Part shown: piece after piece, positions 18,609 to 27,403 of the stretch | Numbering within the stretch: position 1 is the stretch's first letter | Layout: each line of letters starts with the position of its first letter | Assembly (NCBI GenBank): GCA_963771275.1 | Contig: CAVYSW010000010.1 | Coordinates: forward strand, 768,001 to 832,000 | Source of the DNA: an uncultured Gemmatimonadales bacterium | GTDB lineage: Bacteria > Gemmatimonadota > Gemmatimonadetes > Gemmatimonadales > GWC2-71-9 | Reading direction: 5' to 3' | Length of the DNA: 64,000 nt | The notes under the pieces: model-generated | Seen by the model: only the letters and a program-made list of their open reading frames with translations | Told to the model about the DNA's origin: nothing | Database searches by the model: none | Translations under genes and position numbers: made by a program

Positions 18609-19480
18609 TGCCGCGCGGCCTGCACGGTGTTGTAGAGCAGCATCGTGATCGTCATCGGGCCGACGCCGCCGGGCACCGGAGTGATCGCGGCCGCCACCTC
18701 GCTCACCTCGTCGAACGCGACGTCGCCCACCAGCTTGTAGCCCTTGTCGCTGGCGGCGTCGTCCACCCGGTTCACCCCCACGTCGATCACCACCGCCCCG
18801 GGCCGCACCATGGCGCCCCGCACGAACTCGGGCTTCCCCATCGCCACGACGAGGATGTCGGCCAGCCGGGTCACCGCCCCGATGTCCCTGGTACGCGAGT
18901 GGCACACGGTGACGGTCGCATCCCCGCCCTTCCCCTTGTGCATCAGCAGCGCGGCCATCGGGCGCCCGACGATGTTGGACCGCCCCACGATCACGGCGTG
19001 CGCGCCCGCCGTCGCGATCCCCGACCGCACGAGGATCTGCTGCACGCCGTACGGCGTCGCCGGACGGAACCCCGTGGGATCGCCGATCGACACCTTGCCG
19101 ACGTTCTCGGGGTGGAACCCGTCCACGTCCTTGGTGGGCAGGATGCGGTGCAGCACGCGGGTCTCGTTGATCTGCGGCGGCAGGGGCAGCTGCACCAGCA
19201 TGCCGTGGATCTTCGGGTCCGCGTTCAGCCGGTCGATCACCGCCAGCAGCTCGGCCTCGGCGGCCTCCTTGGGGAGCCGGATCGTCTCGCTGTGCATGCC
19301 GGCCGCCTCGCACGCGCGGCCCTTCATCCGCACGTACACCTGGCTGGCGGGGTTCTCGCCCACCAGCACCACCGCGAGGCCGGGCTGCACACCCTGCGCC
19401 CGCAGCGCGTCGATCTCGGGCTGCAAGTCCGCCCGCATCGCATCGGCAATCTGCTTGCCGTCGAGGATTCTAGCGCGCAA
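18596..19480 (-). CDS. folD: Bifunctional methylene-THF dehydrogenase/cyclohydrolase
   Basis: ILDGK, YVRMK, VQLPLP, KDVDGFH, GRSNIVGRP, ITPVPGGVGPMT. Confidence 0.97.
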   Translation of the reverse strand: MRARILDGKQIADAMRADLQPEIDALRAQGVQPGLAVVLVGENPASQVYVRMKGRACEAAGMHSETIRLPKEAAEAELLAVIDRLNADPKIHGMLVQLPLPPQINETRVLHRILPTKDVDGFHPENVGKVSIGDPTGFRPATPYGVQQILVRSGIATAGAHAVIVGRSNIVGRPMAALLMHKGKGGDATVTVCHSRTRDIGAVTRLADILVVAMGKPEFVRGAMVRPGAVVIDVGVNRVDDAASDKGYKLVGDVAFDEVSEVAAAITPVPGGVGPMTITMLLYNTVQAARQWVS

Positions 19481-21053
19481 AGTCGACCGACCTCGTTTCA
19501 CGGATCACGACGACCTTGATCTGTCCCGGATACTGCAGCTCGTTCTCGATGCGGCGCGCGATCTGGTCGCTCAGCGACGCCGCCTTGCCGTCGTCCACCA
19601 GCTCGGGGATCACGACGATGCGGATCTCGCGTCCCGCCTGGATCGCGTAGCACTTCTCGACGCCCTGGTAGCTCGTCGCGATCGACTCCAGGTTGGTGAG
19701 CCGCTTGACGTAGGTCTCGAACGCCTCGCGCCGCGCGCCGGGCCGCGAGCCGCTCACCGCGTCGGCCGCCTGCACGATCACCGAGATCGGCGACTCGTGC
19801 GCGACGTCGTCGTGGTGCGCCGCAACCGCGTTGACCACCAACGGGTGCTCCCCGTACTTGGTCGTCACTTCCACCCCGAGCTCGACGTGGGTTCCCTCGT
19901 GCGTGTGGGTCAGCACCTTCCCCACGTCGTGCAGCAGGGCGCCGCGCTTGGCGAGGTGCACGTCGAGCTTCAGCTCGGCGGCCATGATGCCCGCGAGCCA
20001 GGAGACCTCCTTGGAGTGCTGCAGGATGTTCTGGCCGTACGACGTGCGGTACTTCATCCGGCCGATCAGCTTGACCAGCTCGGCGTGCATCCCGTGGATG
20101 CCCAGCTCGTACACCGTCTGCTCGCCGACCTCGACGAGCTCCTTCTCGAGTCCGTCGCGCACCTGTGTCACGACTTCCTCGATCCGGCCCGGATGGATGC
20201 GGCCGTCGGCGATCAGCTGCTCGAGCGCGCGCCGCGCGACCTCGCGCCGCACCGGGTCGAAGCAGGACACCACGACCGTGTCGGGCGTGTCGTCGATGAT
20301 GACGTCCACGCCGGTGGCCGTCTCGAAGGCGCGGATGTTCCGTCCCTCGCGGCCGATGATCCGCCCCTTCATCTCGTCGTTGGGCAGGGCCACCGCCGAC
20401 ACCGTGGTCTCCGCGGTGTGCTCGGCGGCGATGCGCTGGATCGCGAGCGCCACGATCTTCTTGGCCTCGCGCTCCGCGTTCCGCTTGGCCTCTTCCTTGA
20501 GGTCCCGCACCGTGGCGGCGGCCGCGCTGCGGGCCTCGTCCTCGATCGCCCGGACCAGCTCCGCCTTGGCGTCCTGCGCACTCATCCCGGCAAGCGCCTC
20601 GAGCCGGCTCCGCGCCTCCGCCTGGAGGCGCTTGACCGCCTCCTCCCCCTCCTCGAGCTGCCGCCCCCGCTGGACGGCCGAGCGCTCCCGCCGTTCCAGC
20701 TCGCGATCCCGCTCCTCGAGCGTGTCGAGCTTCCGGTCGAGCAGCGTGGTGCGCTCCTCCATGCGCCGCTCGTGACGCTCGAGCTCCTCGCGCCGGCTCT
20801 GGGCCTCCCGCTCCCACTGCTCGCGGGCCCGGATGATCTCTTCCTTGGCGGCCAGCACCGCCTGGGCGCGCTCCGTCTCCGCCACGCGCCGCGCCTCCGC
20901 GAGGTGGCGCTCCGCCTGCTGCGCGCCGGTGCGGCCCGCGAGGTCCGCGCGCCGCCGCTCGGAACGCCCTCCCAGGAAGTGGAAAACCGCCGCGGCGAGG
21001 ACTCCGACACCGAGAACGGCGGCAAGCCAGAGGATGACCGGCGTTGAGACCAT
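19470..21053 (-). CDS. rny: Ribonuclease Y
   Basis: N-terminal TM, coiled coil, KH domain MKGRIIGREGRNIR, HD domain LLHDVGK, RPGARRE. Confidence 0.97.
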   Translation of the reverse strand: MVSTPVILWLAAVLGVGVLAAAVFHFLGGRSERRRADLAGRTGAQQAERHLAEARRVAETERAQAVLAAKEEIIRAREQWEREAQSRREELERHERRMEERTTLLDRKLDTLEERDRELERRERSAVQRGRQLEEGEEAVKRLQAEARSRLEALAGMSAQDAKAELVRAIEDEARSAAAATVRDLKEEAKRNAEREAKKIVALAIQRIAAEHTAETTVSAVALPNDEMKGRIIGREGRNIRAFETATGVDVIIDDTPDTVVVSCFDPVRREVARRALEQLIADGRIHPGRIEEVVTQVRDGLEKELVEVGEQTVYELGIHGMHAELVKLIGRMKYRTSYGQNILQHSKEVSWLAGIMAAELKLDVHLAKRGALLHDVGKVLTHTHEGTHVELGVEVTTKYGEHPLVVNAVAAHHDDVAHESPISVIVQAADAVSGSRPGARREAFETYVKRLTNLESIATSYQGVEKCYAIQAGREIRIVVIPELVDDGKAASLSDQIARRIENELQYPGQIKVVVIRETRSVDFAR

Positions 21054-21156
21054 AGGGGGATCTATCTCCAGCGGCTGCTCCGCTCCCGTCGCCGAGCGGG
21101 CGCCGCGTCCTGTCCTGAACGGCCCGAGGACGCGCCCGTGCTACACCTGCCCCCCC

Positions 21157-21185
21157 AAGCTACGGCCCGTCGCCGGACGAGGCAA
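21157..21185 (-). promoter_or_regulatory. Putative rny promoter inside the zapA 3' end
   Basis: TTGCCT-17 bp-TAGCTT; the TAG is the zapA stop. Confidence 0.6.
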
Positions 21186-21495
21186 ACGCCCCCGTCGCCC
21201 GGGACGCGCGCTTGGCTGGCGGGAGCAGCCGGGCCAGCTCGACGGTGAGCCGCTCCAACCGCTCCGTGATGTCCGCCTGCGCGGCGCGCGCCTGGAACAG
21301 CTCGTCGGCGATCGCGAGGGCCGCGAGAATCGCCGCCTTCTGCGACTCGACGATGGTCCCCGCGGACAGCACATCCTTGAGGGCCTTGTTCACGTGATCG
21401 GCCACCGCGCGGGTGTACTCCTCCGGCCGGTCGGAGCGGAGCGCGTACTCCTCCGACCCGATCCGGACCTTGACGAGCGTGCGGCTCGTGCTCAC
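21160..21495 (-). CDS. zapA: Cell division protein ZapA
   Basis: VKVRIGSEEYALR...VADHVN...AILAALAIADELF; pheT-zapB-zapA-rny synteny. Confidence 0.9.
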   Translation of the reverse strand: MSTSRTLVKVRIGSEEYALRSDRPEEYTRAVADHVNKALKDVLSAGTIVESQKAAILAALAIADELFQARAAQADITERLERLTVELARLLPPAKRASRATGAFASSGDGP

Positions 21496-21791
21496 CGGGG
21501 CTGGCCCTCCACGCCGACCTGCTGCTCGAGGAACCGCAGCCGCGCGTGGAGATGCTCCACCCGCTCGCGCGCCGCGCTGAGCCGCTCTTGCAGATCGGCG
21601 TTCACCTGCTCGAGCTCGAGGATCCGCTCGCGCGCGCCCACGACGTCGTGCCCGACCCCCAGCTCCGCGCGCTGGGTTTCGGCCTTGAGCGCGCGGCGAC
21701 GCCATGCGGCGAGCTCCTCCGCGATGTGACCGATCGCGGCTTCGAGCTCCCCCAGCGCACGCAGCTCAGGCCTGCCGGCGTTCGACTCCAA
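21492..21791 (-). CDS. Coiled-coil protein, ZapB-like
   Basis: 99-aa all-helical heptad pattern, positioned between pheT and zapA. Confidence 0.7.
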   Translation of the reverse strand: MESNAGRPELRALGELEAAIGHIAEELAAWRRRALKAETQRAELGVGHDVVGARERILELEQVNADLQERLSAARERVEHLHARLRFLEQQVGVEGQPR

Positions 21792-24144
21792 GCTCCCTCC
21801 TCAGGGCCCCCAGAATCGCCTCCACCGCACCGTCCACCTCCGCGTCCCGCAGGGTACGCTGCGGATCGCGGAACACCAGCCGCCACGCGACGCTCCGCCG
21901 ATCCGCCCCGGTCCCGCGGTACTCGTCGAAGGGCCGAACCGACTCGAGCAGCGATCCGCCCGCGCGCCGGATGACGGCCACCACCGGCTCGGCCAGGATC
22001 CCGGCCGGCAGGAGCAGGGCGACATCGCGCTCGGCCGCGGGCGTGGTCGGAAGCGGCGCATAGCGTGCCACCGTCGCCGCTTCGGCCACGAGATCGAGCT
22101 CGAGCCCCCATGCCGCGCCCGCCCAGAGGGGACGATCGGCTGCGAGCGGCCCCGCCCGGCCCCGCTCCGTCCCCGTCGCGTCCCGCAGCACCCAGCCCGA
22201 CGCCCCGTCCGGCTCCACCACCCCACCCTCGGGCCCCGTGACCCGGGCAAGCTCCTCAAACATACCCTTCAGATCCCACAGGTCGAGATCCGCCGCCTTG
22301 CCGGCCTGGGACCAGTGGTCCGGCTCCCGGGCCCCCGTGAGCACCACCGCCACCCGCAGGGTCTCCTCCGGCAGCCCACCACCGCCATCGGGGCTCGGAC
22401 CCGTCGCGCGGAACACCCGCCCGATCTCGAACAGCCGCACGTCCCGTTCCCGCACCGACCAGTTGTGCTCGACCGACCGGGCCAGGCCGGGCAGGAGGTC
22501 CGTCCGCAGAAACCCCTCTTCCGAGGAGAGCGGGTTGAGGATCGCCTGCGCGTGCGGTGCGGACCGTGGCCCCATCGGCACGGTGCGCGCCTCGTGCACC
22601 CCCCAGCCCGTGAGGAGACGCCGCAGTCGCGCCGCGGCCGCTTCCATCGGCGCGTCGGGCACGGCCGTTGGCCGGTACGGCTGCAGCTCCACGGGGAACG
22701 TGTCGTAGCCCCGGAGCCGCGCTACCTCCTCGATCAGGTCGACCTCGCGGAGCACGTCCGGGCGCCACCCCGGGACCTGCACCGCCAGGCGGTCCCCCTT
22801 GGGCGCCACCGTGAACCCGACACTCGTGAGCAGGCGCTCGATCTCGGGTTGCGGGATCTCGACCCCCAGCAGATGGGCCGCCCGGGCCGGCCGCAGGAAC
22901 ACCGTGCGGGGTTGCTGCGGCTCCGGCCAGAGATCCAGGGACGCTTCGGCCTCCTCCCCGCCGGCCACGCCGATGATCAGCTCGACGGCGCGCCGCACCG
23001 ACTGCGCCAGTCCCAGCAGGTCGGTGCCGCGCTCGAAGCGGTAGGACGCATCGGTGCTCAGCTTGAGCGTGGTCCGGGCGCGCCGCACGCGGGCCGGATC
23101 GAAGTAGGCGCACTCGAGCAGGATGTCGGACGTGTCGGCCGACACCTCCGAGCTCTCGCCGCCCATCACTCCGGCGACCGCCACCGGCCCCTCACCGTCG
23201 CAGATCATCGTCATGTCGGGTGTGAGCGCACGGCGCTCGCCGTCGAGGGTCACCAGCGTCTCGCCGGGCCGCGCGCGCCGGACCACCACCCGGTTGCCGC
23301 GCAGGCTCCGGAGATCGAACGCGTGGAGCGGCTGGTTGATCTCGTGCAGCACGTAGTTCGTGGCGTCCACGACGTTGTTGATCGGGCGCGCGCCGATCAC
23401 GAGCAGCCGCGCCCGCAGCCACTCGGGCGACGGGCCGACGCGGACCCCGCGAATCACGGCCGCGATGTAGCGGGGGCACCCCGCCGCATCCTCGATCGCC
23501 ACGTCCACTCCACCCACCGTGCCGCGCGTGGTCGCGCGGCGCGGGGCCAGGGGCGCGGGCGCGCCCGGCACCACGGGCAGACGCACGCTCAGCCCGTGCA
23601 GCGCCGCGAGCTCGCGCGCGATGCCCCGCTGCGACAGCAGGTCGGGACGGTTGGGCGTCACGTCCACCAGCAGCCGCGTATCGGCCACCGGCACCGCCTC
23701 CAGGAACGGGGTGCCCGGCGCGGCCGCGGTGTTGAGCGCCAGGATGCCCTGATGCTCCGCCCCCAGTCCCAGCTCGCGCGCCGAGCAGAGCATGCCGTTC
23801 GAGAACACGCCCCGGATCTTGCGCCGCTCGAGCTTGAGACCGCCGGGCAGCGCCGCACCCACCGGCGCGAACGGGTACTTCACCCCGGCCTGGACGTTGG
23901 GCGCCCCACAGACGACCTCGAACGGCTTCTCGCCGCCCGCGTCCACCAGGCACACCGAGAGCCGGTCGGCGTCGGGATGCCGGTCGACGTGCCGCACCAG
24001 CCCGATCAGCACGTCTCCCAGCTCCTGGTGGACCGGCTCGATGGCATCCACCGCCGCCCCGAGCAGCGTCAGCCGGCGCGCGGTTTCCTCCGGCTCGAGC
24101 TGCCGGCCCAGGAGATCGCCCACCCAGCTCAGCGAGGCGTACAC
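21766..24144 (-). CDS. pheT: Phenylalanyl-tRNA synthetase beta subunit
   Basis: HPDADRL, VVCGAPNV, SNGMLCS, TPNRPD, NNVVDATNY, RFERG, EVDLIEEVAR; start GTG 24144. Confidence 0.97.
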   Translation of the reverse strand: MYASLSWVGDLLGRQLEPEETARRLTLLGAAVDAIEPVHQELGDVLIGLVRHVDRHPDADRLSVCLVDAGGEKPFEVVCGAPNVQAGVKYPFAPVGAALPGGLKLERRKIRGVFSNGMLCSARELGLGAEHQGILALNTAAAPGTPFLEAVPVADTRLLVDVTPNRPDLLSQRGIARELAALHGLSVRLPVVPGAPAPLAPRRATTRGTVGGVDVAIEDAAGCPRYIAAVIRGVRVGPSPEWLRARLLVIGARPINNVVDATNYVLHEINQPLHAFDLRSLRGNRVVVRRARPGETLVTLDGERRALTPDMTMICDGEGPVAVAGVMGGESSEVSADTSDILLECAYFDPARVRRARTTLKLSTDASYRFERGTDLLGLAQSVRRAVELIIGVAGGEEAEASLDLWPEPQQPRTVFLRPARAAHLLGVEIPQPEIERLLTSVGFTVAPKGDRLAVQVPGWRPDVLREVDLIEEVARLRGYDTFPVELQPYRPTAVPDAPMEAAAARLRRLLTGWGVHEARTVPMGPRSAPHAQAILNPLSSEEGFLRTDLLPGLARSVEHNWSVRERDVRLFEIGRVFRATGPSPDGGGGLPEETLRVAVVLTGAREPDHWSQAGKAADLDLWDLKGMFEELARVTGPEGGVVEPDGASGWVLRDATGTERGRAGPLAADRPLWAGAAWGLELDLVAEAATVARYAPLPTTPAAERDVALLLPAGILAEPVVAVIRRAGGSLLESVRPFDEYRGTGADRRSVAWRLVFRDPQRTLRDAEVDGAVEAILGALRRELGVERRQA

Positions 24145-24148
24145 CGGC

Positions 24149-25171
24149 TCACTCCACGAACTGCGCCAGGAAGCGCATGTCGTTCTGGTAGAGCATCCGG
24201 ATGTCCGGAATGCCGTAGCGCACGAGCGCCATCCGGGCCGGCCCCATGCCGAAGGCGTATCCCGTGTAGCGCTCGGCGTCGACGCCGCAGGTCTCGAACA
24301 CGGCCGGGTGCACCATCCCCGCACCCATGATCTCCATCCACCCGGTCTGCTTGCACGTGGGACACCCACCGCCACCGCAGATCTGGCAGCGGACGTCGAC
24401 CTCGGCGGAGGGCTCGGTGAACGGGAAGAAGGACGCGCGAAACCGCATGGGCGTGTCCTTCGCGAAGAACCGGCGCACGAAGTAGTCGATCGCCGCCTTG
24501 AAATCCACGAAGCTCACGCCTTCGTCGACCACCAGCCCTTCGATCTGGTCGAACACGGGGGCGTGCGACGGGTCGAACGGATCGCGGCGATACGCGAGGC
24601 CCGGCACGACTACCCGGATCGGCGGCGGGTACCGTTCCATCACGCGGGCCTGCACCGGCGACGTGTGGGTGCGCAGCACCACGCCCGGTCCGAGGTAGAA
24701 CGTGTCGTGCATGTCGGCCGCCGGGTGGTCCAGCGGGATGTTCAGCTTGGTGAAGTTGTAGGCTTCGGTCTCCGCCTCCGGGCCCACCACGCGCGCGAAC
24801 CCCAGCTCGCGGAAGATGGCGCAGACCTCGTCGACGACCTGAGTGATGGGGTGGAGCGCGCCGCGCCAGCGGCCGCGTCCCGGCATCGTGCGGTCCACGG
24901 TCACCGCCCGCACGGCGGCCGCGAGCGCCGCCTGACGCGCGGCAATCGCCTCCTCGAGCAGACGCTTGACCTGGTTGGCCTGCTGACCCGCCCCGCGGCG
25001 CTCCTCGGGCGGGAGCTCGGGGAGGGATCGCAGGATGGTCGTGAGCGCCCCGGCCTTGCGGCCGAGCAGCTCGGTCTTCAGCTCCTCGAGCTGGCGCGCG
25101 TCCGCGCCCGCGATCTCGTCGACCCGCGCCGCGATCGCCGCCAGCTGCTCAGCGAGCGAACCGTGCGCCAT
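24149..25171 (-). CDS. pheS: Phenylalanyl-tRNA synthetase alpha subunit
   Basis: LRTHTSPVQ, FFPFTEPSAE, GMVHP, GYAFGMG. Confidence 0.97.
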   Translation of the reverse strand: MAHGSLAEQLAAIAARVDEIAGADARQLEELKTELLGRKAGALTTILRSLPELPPEERRGAGQQANQVKRLLEEAIAARQAALAAAVRAVTVDRTMPGRGRWRGALHPITQVVDEVCAIFRELGFARVVGPEAETEAYNFTKLNIPLDHPAADMHDTFYLGPGVVLRTHTSPVQARVMERYPPPIRVVVPGLAYRRDPFDPSHAPVFDQIEGLVVDEGVSFVDFKAAIDYFVRRFFAKDTPMRFRASFFPFTEPSAEVDVRCQICGGGGCPTCKQTGWMEIMGAGMVHPAVFETCGVDAERYTGYAFGMGPARMALVRYGIPDIRMLYQNDMRFLAQFVE

Positions 25172-25202
25172 GAATGCGGCCCGTGGGCCGGGGCTCCCCG
25201 GC

Positions 25203-25556
25203 CTACTTGCCCTTCTTGGCGACGGCGGCCAGTTCCCCGAACGCGGCCGGGTCGCTCACGGCGAGCTCGGCCAGGATCTTCCGGTTGATCACCACGCCGG
25301 CGTCCTTGAGTCCGGCCATGAACCGGCTGTAGGACAGGTCGTGCTCGCGAGCCGCGGCGTTGATCCGCACGATCCACAGGCTGCGGAACTCCCGCTTCTT
25401 GGTCCGGCGGTCCCGGTACGCGTACCGCATGGCCCGCTCGACCGTTTCCTTGGCCGTCTTGTACAGCTTGCTGCGAGCCCCACGCGCCCCCTTGGCGGCG
25501 CGCAGGATCTTGTTGCGGCGCTTGAGACGCGCCACCGTCGTCTTGACTCGTGCCAT
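25203..25556 (-). CDS. rplT: 50S ribosomal protein L20
   Basis: MARVK...[24 protein letters not shown]...[10 protein letters not shown]. Confidence 0.98.
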   Translation of the reverse strand: MARVKTTVARLKRRNKILRAAKGARGARSKLYKTAKETVERAMRYAYRDRRTKKREFRSLWIVRINAAAREHDLSYSRFMAGLKDAGVVINRKILAELAVSDPAAFGELAAVAKKGK

Positions 25557-25566
25557 GGTGCCTCCG

Positions 25567-25761
25567 CTACGCCTGGAGCAGGCGCCGGATGCGCCCCTCG
25601 TCCGCCTTCGACAACGTGGTTCCATGCCGCAGGCGGCGCTTCCGCTTCGCATCCTTCTTCGTCAGGATGTGACTCTTGAAGGCGCGAAACCGGCGGACCT
25701 TGCCCGTGCCGGTCAGCTTGAAGCGCTTTACCGCAGCGCGCTTGGTCTTCTTCTTTGGCAT
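25567..25761 (-). CDS. rpmI: 50S ribosomal protein L35
   Basis: [21 protein letters not shown]...HILTKK...KRRLR. Confidence 0.97.
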   Translation of the reverse strand: MPKKKTKRAAVKRFKLTGTGKVRRFRAFKSHILTKKDAKRKRRLRHGTTLSKADEGRIRRLLQA

Positions 25762-25771
25762 TGCCTCAGTC

Positions 25772-26293
25772 TCACTTTGGTGCCAGCACCATCGTCATGT
25801 TCCGGCCTTCGAGCTTCGGCTCGGATTCCACCTTCGCGACTTCCTTGACCTCCTCGAAGACGCGGAACAACACCTGACGCCCGAGCTCGGGATGCGTGAC
25901 CTGCCGCCCGCGGAACATCATGGTGAGCTTCACCTTGTTGCCCTCTTCCAGGAACTGCCGCGCGTGGCGGGTCTTGAAGTCGAAATCGTGATCGTCAATC
26001 CCCGGCCGATACTTCACTTCCTTGATCTGAATGATGTGCTGCTTCTTCTTGGCCGCCCGAGCCGCCTTGGCCTGCTCGAACTTGAACTTGCCGTAGTCCA
26101 TGATCTTCACGACGGGCGGCCGCGCCGTCGGTGCGACCTCGACCAGGTCGAGCGCCCGTTCGTTCGCGAGGCGGAACGCCTCATCGAGCGGCACGATGCC
26201 GACCTGCGAACCGTCCGCGTCAACCAGCCGGACGGGACTGATGCGGATCATGCGATTGACCCGAATCCGCTGTTCCTGACTCTCGCTCGGTAT
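25772..26293 (-). CDS. infC: Translation initiation factor IF-3, probable non-canonical start (ATA 26293 or CTG 26299)
   Basis: LDLVEVAP...[27 protein letters not shown]. The frame stays open upstream through the conserved RVNRMI to an AGGAGG RBS at 26305-26310. Confidence 0.95.
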   Translation of the reverse strand: MPSESQEQRIRVNRMIRISPVRLVDADGSQVGIVPLDEAFRLANERALDLVEVAPTARPPVVKIMDYGKFKFEQAKAARAAKKKQHIIQIKEVKYRPGIDDHDFDFKTRHARQFLEEGNKVKLTMMFRGRQVTHPELGRQVLFRVFEEVKEVAKVESEPKLEGRNMTMVLAPK

Positions 26294-26328
26294 CGCCAGT
26301 TCGTCCTCCTCCCAGTGGGGTGGGCTAC

Positions 26329-26462
26329 AAAAAAACGGACTCCACCACCCTCATGGAATCCGCACGCCCGCGATCAACTCCGGTCCGCGGGGCTACTCAC
26401 GGAACCCTGAACGCGCACCGGCTAGCGGTGGCAGGAGGGTGAAGCGCTAACGCGCTTGCTTG
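26329..26462 (-). promoter_or_regulatory. L20-leader-type transcription attenuator upstream of infC-rpmI-rplT
   Basis: AAGCGCGTTAGCGCTT hairpin followed by CACCCTC; terminator CGGATTCCA-TGAGGGTGG-TGGAGTCCG-T7, whose loop is complementary to CACCCTC. Confidence 0.75.
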
Positions 26463-26476
26463 CTTCAATTTGCGTC

Positions 26477-26505
26477 AAGCTACCCCGGCTCCGCCGGAGT
26501 GTCAA
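26477..26505 (-). promoter_or_regulatory. Sigma70 promoter of the infC operon
   Basis: TTGACA-17 bp-TAGCTT; the TAG is the stop of the upstream MBL gene. Confidence 0.8.
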
Positions 26506-27403
26506 GCGGCACGAACTCGTATCCCCGCGTCCCGAGCTCGACGCGCCCGATCCCCGGTCCGGGCTCGTGCTCGAAGATCAGCACCCACCGGTCGCGCTCG
26601 GCGCGGGCGAGGAACCGCCGCTTGGTCTCGAGGGTGACCAGGGGGTGCAGGTCGTACCCCATGATCCAGGGCAGCGGCAGATGTGCCACCGTCGGGATCA
26701 GGTCGCCAATGAAGCAGCCGGTCTCCCCGGCGCTCTCGACGACGATGGACTGATGGTGGGGGACGTGCCCTGGCGTCGGGAGGACCCGAATGCCCGGAAG
26801 GACCTCCTGCTCCCCTTCCACCAGGCGCCAGCGGCCCGCCGCCGCTATCGGCTCGAAGTTCGGGGGGAGATAGCTTGCCGCGGTTCGCTCGTTGCGATGC
26901 CGCGCGAAGTCCAGCTCGCCCCGCTGAACGACATACGTGGCATTCGGGAACGCCAACTCGGCGGCCGCCTCTGCCGCTCCTGCCGCTCCCGCGCTGGCGC
27001 CACGTTCTCCACGAATCAACGTGTTCCCGCCCGCGTGGTCGAAGTGGAGATGTGTATTGATAATGTACTTTATATCAGCTGGCGTAACTCCAATACTGGC
27101 AATAGCATCATCGAGCAGAGTCGCTCCACCTGCTCCCCGGTTCTCCACAGCATAGATGCCGAGGAACTTGTCATTCTCCTTGTTGCCAACACCGGTGTCC
27201 ACAAGCACCAGGCCCGCCTCATGCTCGACGAGCAGGCAGCGCAGGGCCAACGGAATCCGGTTGCGGTCATCCGGCGGGGCCCGCCGCTCCCAGAGCGGTT
27301 TCGGGACGACCCCGAACATGGCTCCACCGTCGAGCCGTTGGCTCCCCGCATCGAGGGCGTGGCACGTGAGCGCGCCGATCCGGAACGTCTGAACCCGGCT
27401 CAT
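26480..27403 (-). CDS. MBL-fold metallo-hydrolase (YtnP-like)
   Basis: LDGGAMFGVVPKPLW, THLHFDHAGG, TPGH, GDL, WIMGYD. Confidence 0.92.
   Translation of the reverse strand: MSRVQTFRIGALTCHALDAGSQRLDGGAMFGVVPKPLWERRAPPDDRNRIPLALRCLLVEHEAGLVLVDTGVGNKENDKFLGIYAVENRGAGGATLLDDAIASIGVTPADIKYIINTHLHFDHAGGNTLIRGERGASAGAAGAAEAAAELAFPNATYVVQRGELDFARHRNERTAASYLPPNFEPIAAAGRWRLVEGEQEVLPGIRVLPTPGHVPHHQSIVVESAGETGCFIGDLIPTVAHLPLPWIMGYDLHPLVTLETKRRFLARAERDRWVLIFEHEPGPGIGRVELGTRGYEFVPLDTPAEPG
27053..27080 (+). other. dif-like XerC/XerD recombination site (intragenic)
   Basis: TGTATTGATAA-TGTACT-TTATATCAGCT: 11-6-11 layout with ATAA/TTAT inner arms, in an AT-rich patch. Confidence 0.55.

Noticed and set aside
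21054..21159. 6S RNA between zapA and rny
   Set aside because: The spacer is about 106 bp, too short for a typical 6S RNA, and no central-bubble rod is evident. An Rfam search would settle it.
26930..27210. AT-rich patch as a diversity-generating retroelement variable region
   Set aside because: No template repeat or reverse transcriptase in the window, and the protein motifs remain conserved.
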